Shown: positions 14,441 through 27,200 of the stretch, one piece after another
Numbering within the stretch: position 1 is the first letter of the stretch
Layout of the letters: the number at the start of each line of letters is the position of its first letter
Assembly (NCBI RefSeq): GCF_009914755.1
Contig: NC_060934.1
Strand: one strand, 5' to 3'
DNA from: the human T2T-CHM13v2.0 reference genome, Homo sapiens
DNA length: 64,000 bases
The notes under the pieces: model-generated
Databases searched by the model: none
The model's input: only the letters and a program-made list of their open reading frames with translations
Told to the model about the DNA's origin: nothing
Program-made: the position numbers and the translations under genes

Positions 14441-15303
14441 TTAGTAAATAGCAAGTTGACAATCACAAACTATTCAGCTCATCTTTACCTGTGAATGTGA
14501 CATGAAATTATCTCTTAATAAAAATGAGTAAAATCCATACATTTATATTCTACCTACTATTTGCTTGGTACACGGAAGAATATATGCAGTTGAGCCATGA
14601 AACATTGTTACAGTCTTATCTGCCAGTTATGTTTGCATACATTTGTGGTGCTTGACAGGAATTTTGAATTAAAAAAGCAATAGTGTTACCCAGAGAAATT
14701 CTGGCTGCTTGACTATTTCTGATTATTCGAGAAAGGAAGAGCTCCTATATTTACATTTATAAATATTTTAGAAGACAAGGAGTTGAGTTTATGCATGTTA
14801 ATCCCCTTTCTTATTTCTCAAATTATTTGCCATAATTTCATCATGCAATTCAGATTTTTAATATTTTAATTTGGGGTTGTAGTGGCATTTGTGTAGTGCT
14901 AAAGTCATATCAGATACTTTCTCTCCTTAGAAGAAAGTTACTTTTTCGGGCCATTTTCCTAAAATGTGAAACTATCTTCAAGGCAAGCCAGAGTAATTGT
15001 CCATTTAATTTGGCATTTTTCTGGAACAATGATTTCCCAAAACAAGGCTTTTCCTATTAAATGCAATGACATTTGTGCCCAAAAGATTTTCCTGGAGGAT
15101 TGGTTTCCTACTGTGGAGCAAAGTTTTGAATGAGCCACTTAGATTACATTACAGATTGAGGACAAACTCTATTCCAAATACACTACAGTCCTCTCAGCTA
15201 CACTCGTTATTCAATGCCTTAATCCCCAGAACAGTAGACGGAGACACATCCTGCCTTTATGCATAGAAAATGATGATCTGAAAAGAATCTCAAAATGTCA
15301 ATG

Positions 15304-15980
15304 TATTAGCAGTGGTGAATCTGTATGGATTTGAAACAACCTCAATTCTTGCCTCCTCAGAAGAAGGAATTTGACTGAGGGGCATAGGGCAGAGAGAGAG
15401 ACTGAAGCAAGTTTTAGAACAGGAGTAAAAGTTTATCTAAAAGCTTTACAGCAGGAATGAAAGGAAGTAAAATACACTTGGAAGAGGGCCAAGTGGGCGA
15501 CTTGAGAGATCAAGTGTATGGTTTGCCATTTGACTTGGGATTTTATATGTTGGCATGGTTCCAGGCTTTTGAGTTACTTCTCCCCTGATTCTTCCTTTGG
15601 GGTGAGCTGTCCGCAAGCACAATAGCTGCCAGCAATTGGGAGGGGCTGTGTGTGCAGTGTTTACTGAAGTTGTACACATGCTCACTTGAGGCATTTTTCC
15701 CTTAGCAGCTGAGTGTTGCCAGTTAAACTCTGCAGTTTTGCCTCTTAGTGAGCACGCTTGAGCCCACTTGTCTGACTCCTGAGATCTTATTGGGAAGATG
15801 CTGATTACCAGTTTCAGATGTCTCTGTCTATTATTATTATTATGGAGGTGGCTGTGACCAATTATTATTTTAGAGAGACAGTTTAATAAACAACTGACAT
15901 CACTTGACGGTTGTCTGACATTCCTGGTGAAGGGCACTTCTCCTGACCTGCTTAAGTCTGATTAGCTACCTGCTATATCA
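15304..15980 (-). mobile_element. MER50 solo LTR (ERV1)
   Basis: Sense start TGATATAGCAGGTAGC...CACCAGGAATGTCAG...CTGTCTCTCTAAAATAATAATTGGTCACAGCC; 4-bp TSD AATG at 15300-15303 and 15981-15984. Confidence 0.85.
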
Positions 15981-16658
15981 AATGTAGTAGAGTGAGGGCA
16001 CGTGTACCCCCTCATAATATAAAAATTATATATATGCTATTATATATAATTCTATTAATATCTTAAATTCATAATTAGATTATAATTAATAGCCATAATA
16101 CATGATTATATGTATGAGATCTAAAAAAAAATAGATAATATACAATTATATGTTATTCATATAATTAATGTAATAGTGTATACTTATAATTAACGTATTA
16201 ATGGAATACATTACATAAAATATTCTATATTATATTTATATATAAGATATGGTGACAATAGTGAATATCTTAAGGAAAAGGTCTGCTTTAAACAAGTTAA
16301 TAATAAACATATGTGCAACATTTTTTGTTTATTTAGTTGACATAACTTATTTGATGAATAAGTTAAAACCTAATTACTATTTTATTAAGGTTTAGTTAAA
16401 TTTTAATTTTGGTTTTGATTTAATTTTAATTTTTGCTTCATATAATAATGAAGGCTAGATTTGTCCCTGCATTACTCTATGTGTATATACAAAAATAATT
16501 ATAATACTCATAAGAAAAGTCTAATATGTTTATTATCAAAATTATTTTATTTGGTTACATTATAAAATATATCTCTCAAAGTCTATGGTCTTTCTGGAAG
16601 CACAGGAAGACGTTTTCTGTATCTTCTTGTCAATTTATACACCATTCTACTGTCAGAC

Positions 16659-16932
16659 TTTCTTTTCTCTTTTTTATTTTTTTGTGAGACGGAGTTTCAC
16701 TCTTGTTACCCGGGCTGGAGTGCAATGGCAGGATCTCGGCTAACTGCAACCTCCGCTTCCCTGGGTTCAAGGGATTCTCTTGCCTCAGCCTCCCGAGTAG
16801 CAGGGATTATAGGTGCCCACCACCACGCCCAACTAATTTTTGTATTTTTACTAGAGATGGGGTTTCATCATGTTGGCCAGGCTGGTTTCAAACTCCTGAC
16901 CTCAGGTGATCCGCCCGCCTCAGCCTCCCAAA
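16659..16932 (-). mobile_element. AluSp/Sq-like SINE lacking about 30 nt at its 5' end
   Basis: GAGTTTCACTCTTGTT and GTGCAATGGC diagnostics; match stops at CCTCCCAAA. Confidence 0.9.
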
Positions 16933-17739
16933 CCTCAGGTTATCTCAATATTTCACAACGCAGAAAAAATATGTAACTATAAAAAAGATGTTTTCTTTCC
17001 TAAGATGGCAGATCAGAGGATTTTTGCATGCCTCAACCACTTGGAAGTAGCAATATAGTGTACAAAGATCAATTTTCTGAGTTAATTCAAGAAGGAAAAT
17101 GGGAATTCATCAGAATTATGAAGGACACCCAGATCCAAGGGAGGAAAATGTGGGCAAACAGCCCTTGTGACAGCATCCAAGTGACAAAAAGGAGAGAAGC
17201 CCCAGTACGTGAAAGAGACAGAGTGTGTCCCTCTGTAACTCACCTTTCCACTGGTGATCCAATCAACCCAGGCCAAGGGAGAGCACTTTATTTTCCAAAG
17301 CCCTGAAGCTATCATGGAGAGAGAATTGGAGGCACTGAGAGGGAAAGACACCTGAAATAGCTGCAGGCATTTTTCCACACCTGAGCCCAGGAGCAGGATG
17401 CCATTTATAATTTGGGTGCATACAAAGTCAGCCATTCTTTGGCAACATGGCAACGTGGCCACACAGGGGTTTTAGTCTTGGGCCAGAGATTAGGGTGCTT
17501 ACTCTAAGTGGAGTAGCAGCTGTTACAACCAAAACTGTGGAAAACGCCTCAGCAATAGGTACTGGAATTGTGCTCTCTGTTGCAGATCTGGGGAAGGAGA
17601 GCTGCTACAGCTACAGTTTCTCCTTGGTGATGAGACTTGAAGTCACGGCCAGCTTGGCAACCTGGAACTGGTCTGCATGTGCCATTGCCCAGTGCCCCCT
17701 GAGATTGTGATGCAGCTGAGCACACACTTGCCTGGACCA

Positions 17740-18610
17740 GCATCCTGAGCAACTCCAGCCTTCCTAGGCATAGATCATGGTTCAGTGGGGCCCTCTCTCT
17801 TCTATAACCAGGCAGATTGCCAGGCATTCAGAGCACCTACTTGCCTGGATCAGTAGCCTGAGCCACTCCACCAGTCCTGTGCAGAAATCATGGCCCAGTG
17901 AGCACCTTTCTTCTTCACATCCAGGTAGATCTCCAGGCTTTAGAATCAACTGCTCACCTCTGAGTCACCTCTCCTCTGCAGAGATCTTGGTGCAGGCCTT
18001 CTTTACTGCATGTCCAGGCACACCTCCAGGCATCTGGAGAATCTTCTCTTCTGGACTGACAGCCTGAGCTGCCCCATTCTTCCTGCATGGAGATCATGGT
18101 GAAGCAGGACGCTCTCTGCCACATGCCCAGACAGATCTCCAGGCATTTGGAGCACCCACTCACCGGGACCAGTAGCCTGAGCTAACCCACCCTGTCTTTG
18201 TGGAGACTGTGGTGCAGGGGTCCCTCTGTTCCACACTCACATAGATCTCCAGGCAATTGGAGCATCAGCTCACCTGAATTAGCAACCAGAGCCAGCCCAA
18301 TCTTTCTGTGTAGAGACTGTGTTGAAGCAGAGCTGCCTTCTCCACCTCATGCCCAAATATCCAGGCAGTTGGAGCACCCATTCACTCAGATTACCAGCCT
18401 GAACCACCACACACTTTCTCAAGATATTGTGGTATAGTGGGGCCCTCAGCACTCCATGCCCAGGCAAAAAATTCCAGGCACCTGGAGCACCCACTCTTCT
18501 GAACTGGGAATTTAGACTGCTCCCCCTACCCATGCAGAGACTTAGGGCTAAAGAGATCTCCCAGCTTCATGTCTAGGCACACCTCAAAGCACTTGGTGGC
18601 CACCCACTGG
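17740..18610 (+). repeat. ~112-bp diverged tandem array (~8 units) in the L1 5'UTR
   Basis: CTCCAGGCAnnTGGAGCACCC-like anchor recurs near 17820, 17932, 18024, 18137, 18247, 18360, 18472, 18583. Confidence 0.8.
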
Positions 18611-19647
18611 ATTCTCTCTCAGCACTGGAGCTTGTGGCTAACATCACAGGACCTGCAGGTGGAACTGCCCTGTCTGGCCCTGCTCGTCTTAAGCCTCACA
18701 CCCCTGGGGCTGAGCAGGTAGCTCAGACCACTGTGTGCTCCATAGATCAACCCATTGTCTGAGGTAACATAGAGCTTCCCCTGTAAAGAGGGATCAATTA
18801 TATACCCAGCCATCTTGGCCACAGCTGGTTCTTACTGATAAGTGCCATCTATTGGCTTGTAGGTCGAACTTCACAGCCCAGTATAAAACCTGCTACAAGA
18901 AGTGCAAAAGGCTATACAAGCAAAGCCAAAAGACCCTCCCCCAAGCATCGTCTACAGTCACACTCCTAGGGGGGAGGGAAAATGGGAAGGAAAATGAAAA
19001 TGATATTATAGAGAAAGAAAGAAAAAGAAAAAATTCTACCCACAAGAAAATAAATACAAAATTAGAAGTGCTGTCATCTCCAGATGATAAGAAACCAGCA
19101 CAAGAATTCTGCCACCATGAAAATTCTGAATGCGTTGACACCACCAAAGGGTCACACTAGCACTCTAGCAATGTCCCATAACCAAAATGGAAACTCAGAA
19201 ATGACAGATAAAGAATTCAAAGCATGATTGCAAGGAAGGTCAATGAGATGCAAGACAAGATTGAGAATCAACACAAAGAAACTTCTAAAGCAATTAGAAA
19301 ATGGTGGAAGAGATAAACATTTTAAATAGAAATCAGTCAGAGCTTCTAGAATTGAAAAACTCACTTAAGGAATTACAAAATACAACTGAAAATCTAGAAG
19401 CATTCCCCTTGAGAGCTGGAACAAGACAAGAAAGCTCATTCTCGCTGTTCCTACTCAACATAGTACCGGAAATCCTTGACAGAGCAACTAGGCAAGAGAA
19501 AGAAATAAAAAGCACCTAAATAAGAAAAGAAGTCAAATTATCTCTCTTCAAAGACTACATGATTCCATACCCAGAGAACCCTAAAGACTCTTCCAAAAGG
19601 CTCCTGGAACTGATAAACCACTTTGATAAACTTTCAGGATACAAAAT

Positions 19648-20072
19648 TGTATTGGTCCATTCTCACAGTACTATATAGAAATATCTGAGACTGGGTAATT
19701 TATAAAGAAAAGAGGATTAATTGTCTCTTTTCTGAAGGCTGTACAGGAAGCATGATGCTGGCATCTGCTCAGCTTCTGGGGAGGCCTCAGGAAACTTGCA
19801 ATCATGGCAGAAGACAAATGGGAACAAGCACCTCAAGTGGCCACAGCAAAAGAAAGACAGAATGGAAGATAGTGCTCCATGCTTTTAAACAACCAGTTGT
19901 CATGATAACTCACTCACTCACTATCACAAGAGCAGCACTGAGGGGATGGTGCTAACCCATTCATGAGATCTTGCCCCCTTGAGCCAATCACTTCCCTCCA
20001 GGCCCAACCTCCAGCACTGGGGATTACAATTTGACATGAGATTTGGTGAGGACACAGATCTAAACAATATCA
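19648..20072 (-). mobile_element. MSTA-like MaLR solo LTR inserted in L1 ORF2
   Basis: TGTATT...CTGAGACTGGGTAATTTATAAAGAAAAGAGG...GACACAGATCTAAACAATATCA; 5-bp TSD AAAAT/AAACT; L1 resumes in register. Confidence 0.9.
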
Positions 20073-22689
20073 AAACTCAGTGTACAAAAATCAGTAGCAT
20101 TTATGTACACCAATCAGATGCAAGCTAAGAGCCAAACCAAGAACATAATCCCACTTACAAAAGCCACAAACAAAGGTACCTGGGAATACATCTAACCAAG
20201 AAAGTGAAAGATCTCTAAAGGATAACTGCAAAACTCAGCTAAAAGAAATCATAGATGACACAAACAAATGGAAAAATATTCCATCCTCCTGGATTAGAAA
20301 AATTAATATTGTACTACCTATAGCAATATACAAGTTCAATGCTATTTCTATCAAACTACCAGTCATTTTTCACAGAATTGGAAAAAAAACTAATTCTAAA
20401 ATTCATATGGAACCATAAAACAGCCCAAATAGACAAAGCAATCCTAAAGAAATAGAACAAAGCCAGAAGCATCACATTACCCAACTTGAAACTATACTAT
20501 AAGGCTACAGTCACCAAAAAACCATGGTACTGGTACAAATACAGACATATAGGCCAATGGAACAAATAAAGAATCCAGAAATAAAGCTGCACACCTACAG
20601 TCATCTGACCATGTACAAAGTCAACAAAAATAGGCAACAGAGTAAGGACTATTCAGTAAATGATATTGGGATAGATAGCTAGCCACTTGCAGAAGAATGA
20701 AACTGGACCTCTACCTTTCACCATATACAAAAATTAACTCGAAGTTGATGAAAGGTTTAAATGTAGGATCCTAACTTATAAGAATCCTAGAAGAAAACCT
20801 GAGGAACACCACTCTGAACATTGGCCTTGGGAATGAATTTATAACTAAGTCCTCAAAAGCAACTGCAACAAAAACAGAAATTGAAAAGTGGGACCTAATT
20901 AAACTAAAGAACTTCTGCACAGCAAAACAAACTAAACAGACAACCTACAGAAGAGAATATTTGCAATCTGTGGATCCAACAGAGATCTACTATTAAGAAT
21001 ATATAAGGAAGGTAATTGATTCAACAAGATAAAAATTAAAATAGTTAAATATGGGCAACACACATGAACAGACACTTTTCAAAAGAAAACATACAAGCAG
21101 TCAACAAACATGAAAAAATTCTCCATATCACTAATACTCAGAGAATTACAAATCAAAACCAGAATGAGATACCATCTCACACGAGTCAGAACAGCTGTTA
21201 TTAAAATGTCAAAAATTAACAGATGCTGGCAAGGCTGTGAAGAAAAGGGAATGCTTATACACTGTTGGTATGAATGTAAATTAGTTCAGCCACTGTGGAA
21301 AGCAGTTTGGAGACTTCTCAAAGAACTTAAAAACAGAACTAGAACTATCATTTGACCCAGCAATTCTATTACTGTGTTTATATCCAGAAGAAAATTAATT
21401 GTTCTACCAAAAGACACATAGAATTGTGTGTTCATTGCAGACTATTCACGATAACAAAGACATGGAATCAACCTAGGTGCCCATCAACAATGAATTGGCT
21501 AAAGAAAATATGATACATATACATCATGGAATGCTACGCAGCCATAAAAAAGAGTGAAATCATGTCCTTTGCAGCAACATGGATTGTACTGGAGGCCATA
21601 ATCCTTAGTGAATTAGTGTAGGAACAGAAAACCACATACAGCACATTCTCATTTATAAGTGGGAGCTAAATATTGGATGCTCATAGACAGACAGATGTCA
21701 ATAATAGACACTGGAGGAAGGGAGAGTGGCAAGGTTGAAATACTACCTGTTAGGTACTATGCTCACTACCTAGGTAATGGGATCACTTATATCCCAAAGC
21801 TCAGCATCATGCAATATATGCTTGTAACAAACCTGCACATGTACCTGCTGAATTTAAAATAAGAGTTGAAATTATTTAAAAAAAAAAACCACTTTTTACA
21901 GTTTTTAGAAAAAATGGAAAATGTCAATATTTCCTTAATACCATCACATATCCATGTTCATAGTTCTGTGATTATTTTATAAATGTATCTCTTTTGTTTG
22001 AATTATATACAAATTAAATCCATATGTTGCAAAATAATATGACTTCTAATGTACTGAATCAAAGATGTAAACAGTAAAAGAGAAGGAATCAAATATACAA
22101 ACTGTAAAGGATAAGTCACAATTATTGTATAATAGAAAGATAAACATTGCATAATTTTTATTAATATAGTAAAGAACTCAAAAACTGGTCTACTACTAAC
22201 GTAAGCTCCTCTACTTTCTTTTTTTTTCTACTTCTGATATTAAATGAGGCAATGAGTTATGAATGAGTGATGTACTGTCATACTCTGATGCCCTCCCTTC
22301 AATAAACACATAAAATGCCATTTGAAATAATATACTCTCCAAATAATTAAATGTAATTTATTTTGTACTTGCTATGTGATTTGCATAGTATTAGTTAGAC
22401 TAATTAGCTACACTAATTAGTATACTAATATAACTATATAATAGTAATTAATTAGTATAACTAATAGTTATACTAATAGTTATACTAATGAGGCAGAGAG
22501 GTACTGTCTTCAAGGAACTGGTTATTTTGTTTCTTAACAAATAAGAGGAGAATAATTAAAAGTATATAAAATAACATAAAATAAAAATATGAAAATTAAC
22601 ATAATTTATAATAGAATATTGGCACATTATATAAACAGATAATTCATAAAAGAAATAATACATAAAAGAGAAATATGACAAATAACATT

Positions 22690-23085
22690 CAGTGATAGTG
22701 AAACTTCATGAAATAATACTTTCATTCTATTGCTGGTGAAATAAAAATTAGTAAGCTTTCAGTGGTGATTTTTTATAATAGTCATATCCTTTGACCTGGT
22801 CATTCTACTCTTAGGACAGAAATTAACTAGGGAGATGCTCAGAGATGTAAGTTATAAGGTCGAAAGCTGTAGCATTATTTATATTGTTAATATAATGTAT
22901 TTATCCAAGGGAGTTGTATGCAGGAGTGAAAAATACCATTTAAAAATATATATTTAATGATGTAGAATGCTGTTACATTAAATAAAAGTTGCATAACCAC
23001 ATATGGAGTAGGAACTCAATTTTATAAATATTGGAAAAGGAAACAATAATTCTGTTTATTTCATTTCCCCAAGTTTCTAATTTGA
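22690..23085 (+). mobile_element. Ancient L1M (L1ME-like) fragment
   Basis: ATTGCTGGTG...CCTTTGACCTGGTCATTCTACTCTTAGG...GTAGCATTATTTATA similarity to old L1 3' regions. Confidence 0.55.
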
Positions 23086-23129
23086 AAGTCAATGCTGGAA
23101 AAGGGGTTGTAAATCCCATTTGAATTTAG

Positions 23130-23290
23130 AGGTTCTTGCTCTCCACTAATGTTCAGGGTGGCTTTTAGCAAACCACACAAGCATTCATTTCCTTCATTAG
23201 TGAAATGGAATCAGTACCATCTGACTCAATCCCACCCCATACCCAGGACACTATGAGGACTGTACACAACAATGCATATGAAGAGAATGG
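23130..23290 (+). mobile_element. MIR fragment
   Basis: CATTTCCTTCATTAGTGAAATGG...TATGAGGACT...AATGCATATGAA. Confidence 0.55.
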
Positions 23291-23954
23291 CTATAGACAT
23301 TAATTTACCATTTACATTATTTCTCTTTTTTCTCTTCCTATATCTTTATTGTTCATTCTCTTTCCTTCATTATACTAAAATGATTACCAAATGAAAGATT
23401 AAATTAAGATAATTCAATACTTTCATTCACCCTTTACTAGAAAGATGAGACAAGACCAAACTTTTCAGAATATACAATTCCCTGATTAGAGAAAGAAAAG
23501 TCCTCCTACTTTTCCTACTCTAATTTCTTATCTAAACCCCAGGATAAAGAGAGTAAACCGTTTTGATGATTCCTTAAAAAACAATGCCCATCAGTACCCC
23601 AGGTAGAAGAGAGGGTGTTTAAACATATGTATATTGTGTACATTTCTAACTTGGAAGAGGAAAAATAGTTTAGCATGTGTCAAAACTTGTTTAATAAAAT
23701 GACTTGTTTGCATAATGTACACATATATAACCAACACATATGATTATTGGATGATAATTGGGCTTTGAAGTGCTCCTTTCCAAACATTATTTTATTTTGC
23801 TTTTTAAATAAATACATCAGCCTGTATTTCTCTAAAATTGAATTGCTTGTACATCTTCTGAGACTTGTTTCATAAAATGTTTTAGCAAATCAAAAGTTTT
23901 ACAAGCAATTCCGACTGAGTTTTGGAGGGGTTTTTTTGTATTTATTTATCTTAA

Positions 23955-24278
<324 letters not shown>

Positions 24279-27200
24279 AGTATTCTTTTTGTTTTTTTTA
24301 CTATAAAAAGTAGAACAGTATTTGATTATGTTACTTCAGAAACAGAGAGCAATAAAACCTGTAGAAACCAAACAATTTGCCTTTTTAAAAAATAATTCCA
24401 AGAAACTTCTATAGATCCCTTTATAAGAAAACAATTTCCATCAAAAATGAGGCCAATTATATTTTGGTTGTGAAGTTGATGTCTAATTATACTTTTCTTA
24501 CCATCTTTGCCTGGTTATCTGTTTTAATTACAGCTTCTCTCAAGAGTCATTTCTTTTTTCCTTTCTTTCTCCATACGGAAAATGTTTGCAGCTACAATAA
24601 ATACACTGACCAGAGAGTCTCAAACCAATTAACTGCCCTACTTAAGGGAATCCACCTTAGTTTTTGTAGCTGAAACAACAATATAAATGATATGATAGAA
24701 TGAAACATAAATGGATGAATAATATGACCATGCAGAACTATATTATTTTTTTCATGATTTCTTTTGACAATACAGCATATGAAGATTCTATTTAATTAGA
24801 CTAAAAGGGTTATATATGCATTAGCTGAATCAAATATTAAAGTATTATGAAAGCTTATTTTAATGCTAGATTTTGGTTATGTAAAAATGTATTCAATATT
24901 ATGTACCAGAAAGCACTGTAGTCTTGGCATTTCATTATTGTCAAGATAAAGCACAGCTTCTGGATAGGTTGCAGCATGTCTGAAGAAAAGGCACATATTA
25001 AGCTTAAATTTCAGCTTTAATTATCCATGTTTGCTACCTACAGCCCAGATTTACTATTTAATTGTCACATTCTCAATTTATTTCTCTCATGGGAACCCAA
25101 TTCAATGTTATTTTTCCTTCTAGAATTCTAATGCCATAAAATTTATAATCATACAAACAACATATGTTATCTGTAGTAGTCACAAATTTAAAAAAATTCT
25201 GGATATTTTAATATGTATTATAAGAAATACTTTACTGCATGTACTTCAAATCTTAGAATTTTGTTGAGTTTTCCTGCTAATTACATGAAACATTTTTGAC
25301 CACCTGTTATGCTAGATATGAAGGAAGCTAAGTGATAAATTTATGATCCCCTGTTTCCATCTAGGAAATTGTTGGAGACACAAGTAAAGCTAGATCCCTT
25401 AAGTAAATGGTGGCTTAATTCCATCTTTACTTTCCTCGGGGAAAGGCATTCTATCAAAAGAGTTGGTAAAAGCTTGGATAATACTAGTCTTTCTACCTTA
25501 CATGTACTTCACAAACACTAAAGACAATAATTACAAGCAAATGTTCTTTTTCTTCTCCTCCTTTTTCTTTCTAATGGCTTTAAATCGTTAAAGTGAGACT
25601 CACACACTTTACCAAGATCACATTAAACCTAGAAACCTAGGTCTCTTGAGCCTCCCTAAGAGCTGAGCCCATAAAACAACAGTATCTCTTATCAAACATC
25701 TTAATCAAATGCATATATTTTCAAATATTTTTTCAATAAATTGACTCTGACATCTTACTTTGTTGTGCAAACATTCATTATTTTCATTTTAGCAATGCAG
25801 TCACTTAAATAACTGGAAAGATTGTTGAAAGTGAAAGGCTCTATCATGTAATGTCTAACATTAAGGACCCATGTAATATGGATTTAATATTTGGCATCAA
25901 TTTTGTACAGCTTTCAGAGTTTCACGTATTAAGTCATCAGATATATTTAATCAACAACATTATATCAGTGATAGAGTCAAAGGCTCTTTCAATCCATAAA
26001 AAGTAAGGGTTCTCTATGTAATGGTAGACATAGCCCTTTCAATCCAGTTAAGAAGTAGTAGTATTTTTTTTTAATCTAGTGGGTGTGTCATCTCTTTTAT
26101 GCAACAGTAAAGCAGCAGCTGTCAAAGAGCCTTACAGATTGTGATTTTATGGTTTGCTTCAATTACTGGCAGTTGATTCTAAACTGTAAAGAATAATTTT
26201 ATGCTTGATCATAAAAGAAATGTGTGAGTGTACAATACAGGAAATCCACTTGAAGAAAATATACAACCAGTTTTTGTTGTTGTAAAATCTATCTTCATAG
26301 CTTCTCTATGTTGAGTAACTCTCCATTAAACTCTGCCTTTGATTCACATCTTGAAAAGTCAATAACCTCTTCCTTAGAATTTGGTCAGTAAGTAAGTGTA
26401 TACACTGCTTATGGCTATAGTTGGTATATACATTTTAACTGCATTGGGATTTAATATCTGTTCGGCAGTTGTGAAGCTGTAACATTTGAATACCCGATTT
26501 TGACAAAGTAAGGGACATTTCTAATGTATACAAAGACACTATAATCTAGACCACTATGACATATTCTATAGCTGGCAGGGTTTTGTTAGGCTTATTTTTG
26601 TTATTAAAAAATGGCACACTGTTGCCAGACTTGTTTTCTAGTCTTGAACTGCTATATATTTCTGAAAAGATGTACAATTAATATGCAGAGTCATGCAATA
26701 TAGATCATCTCTCTGTTCCATCTCCTAATTAAATATAAAGTTTCCTTATTTTCATAAAGACTGCTATGTTGTAACATGAGTACACTGATACTGCTTCACC
26801 CTGCCAATATGGAAGACAAAAATCAAAAGCCCTGAAATACAGGATCCTTAGAAGTCAAGTTGAGCATATCAAAATAAGATATTACAGGTTTCTTGTAATC
26901 AAGAGATCTTTTTAAAGCCTATCTTTAGAAGAATCTAGTCAGTTGATGACAGATAGCTTCTATAAGAAGCACAACCTAATTGCACCTTTTAACAAAATTG
27001 CATGGATTAGGATTTCATTCAAACAAAGAAATCAAGTCAATTCCCTGTGACAAAAGTTTCTGTGAGAGATAGTTCATCTTAATTTCAAAGGATGACCCTA
27101 TAGTAAATTCTGAAGAATCTTTTCCAAAAATATTGCCATTCTGGGTGTTACCATGTGAGATATTTGAATTAAATTGACTAGTTCAAAAGGAGGCACTTGA

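Larger units (their letters stand above)
16995..21889 (+). mobile_element. L1PA15/16-like LINE-1 with 5'UTR, large internal deletion and nested MSTA
   Basis: AAGATGGC (YY1-type) start; GC-richer 5'UTR with tandem units; ORF1 start region ~19080-19390 joined to ORF2 ([12 protein letters not shown]); degenerate ORF2 to ~21650; L1PA16-type 3' end TACTATGCTCACTACC...GTTGAAATTATTT(A)n. Confidence 0.85.

Noticed and set aside
15446-15937. 163-aa minus-strand ORF
   Set aside because: It lies wholly inside the MER50 solo LTR, has a non-ATG start and no recognisable domain.
17740-18610. Regularly spaced repeats as a CRISPR-like array
   Set aside because: Whole units are homologous and degenerate, with no unique spacers and no cas genes, in a eukaryotic L1 5'UTR context.
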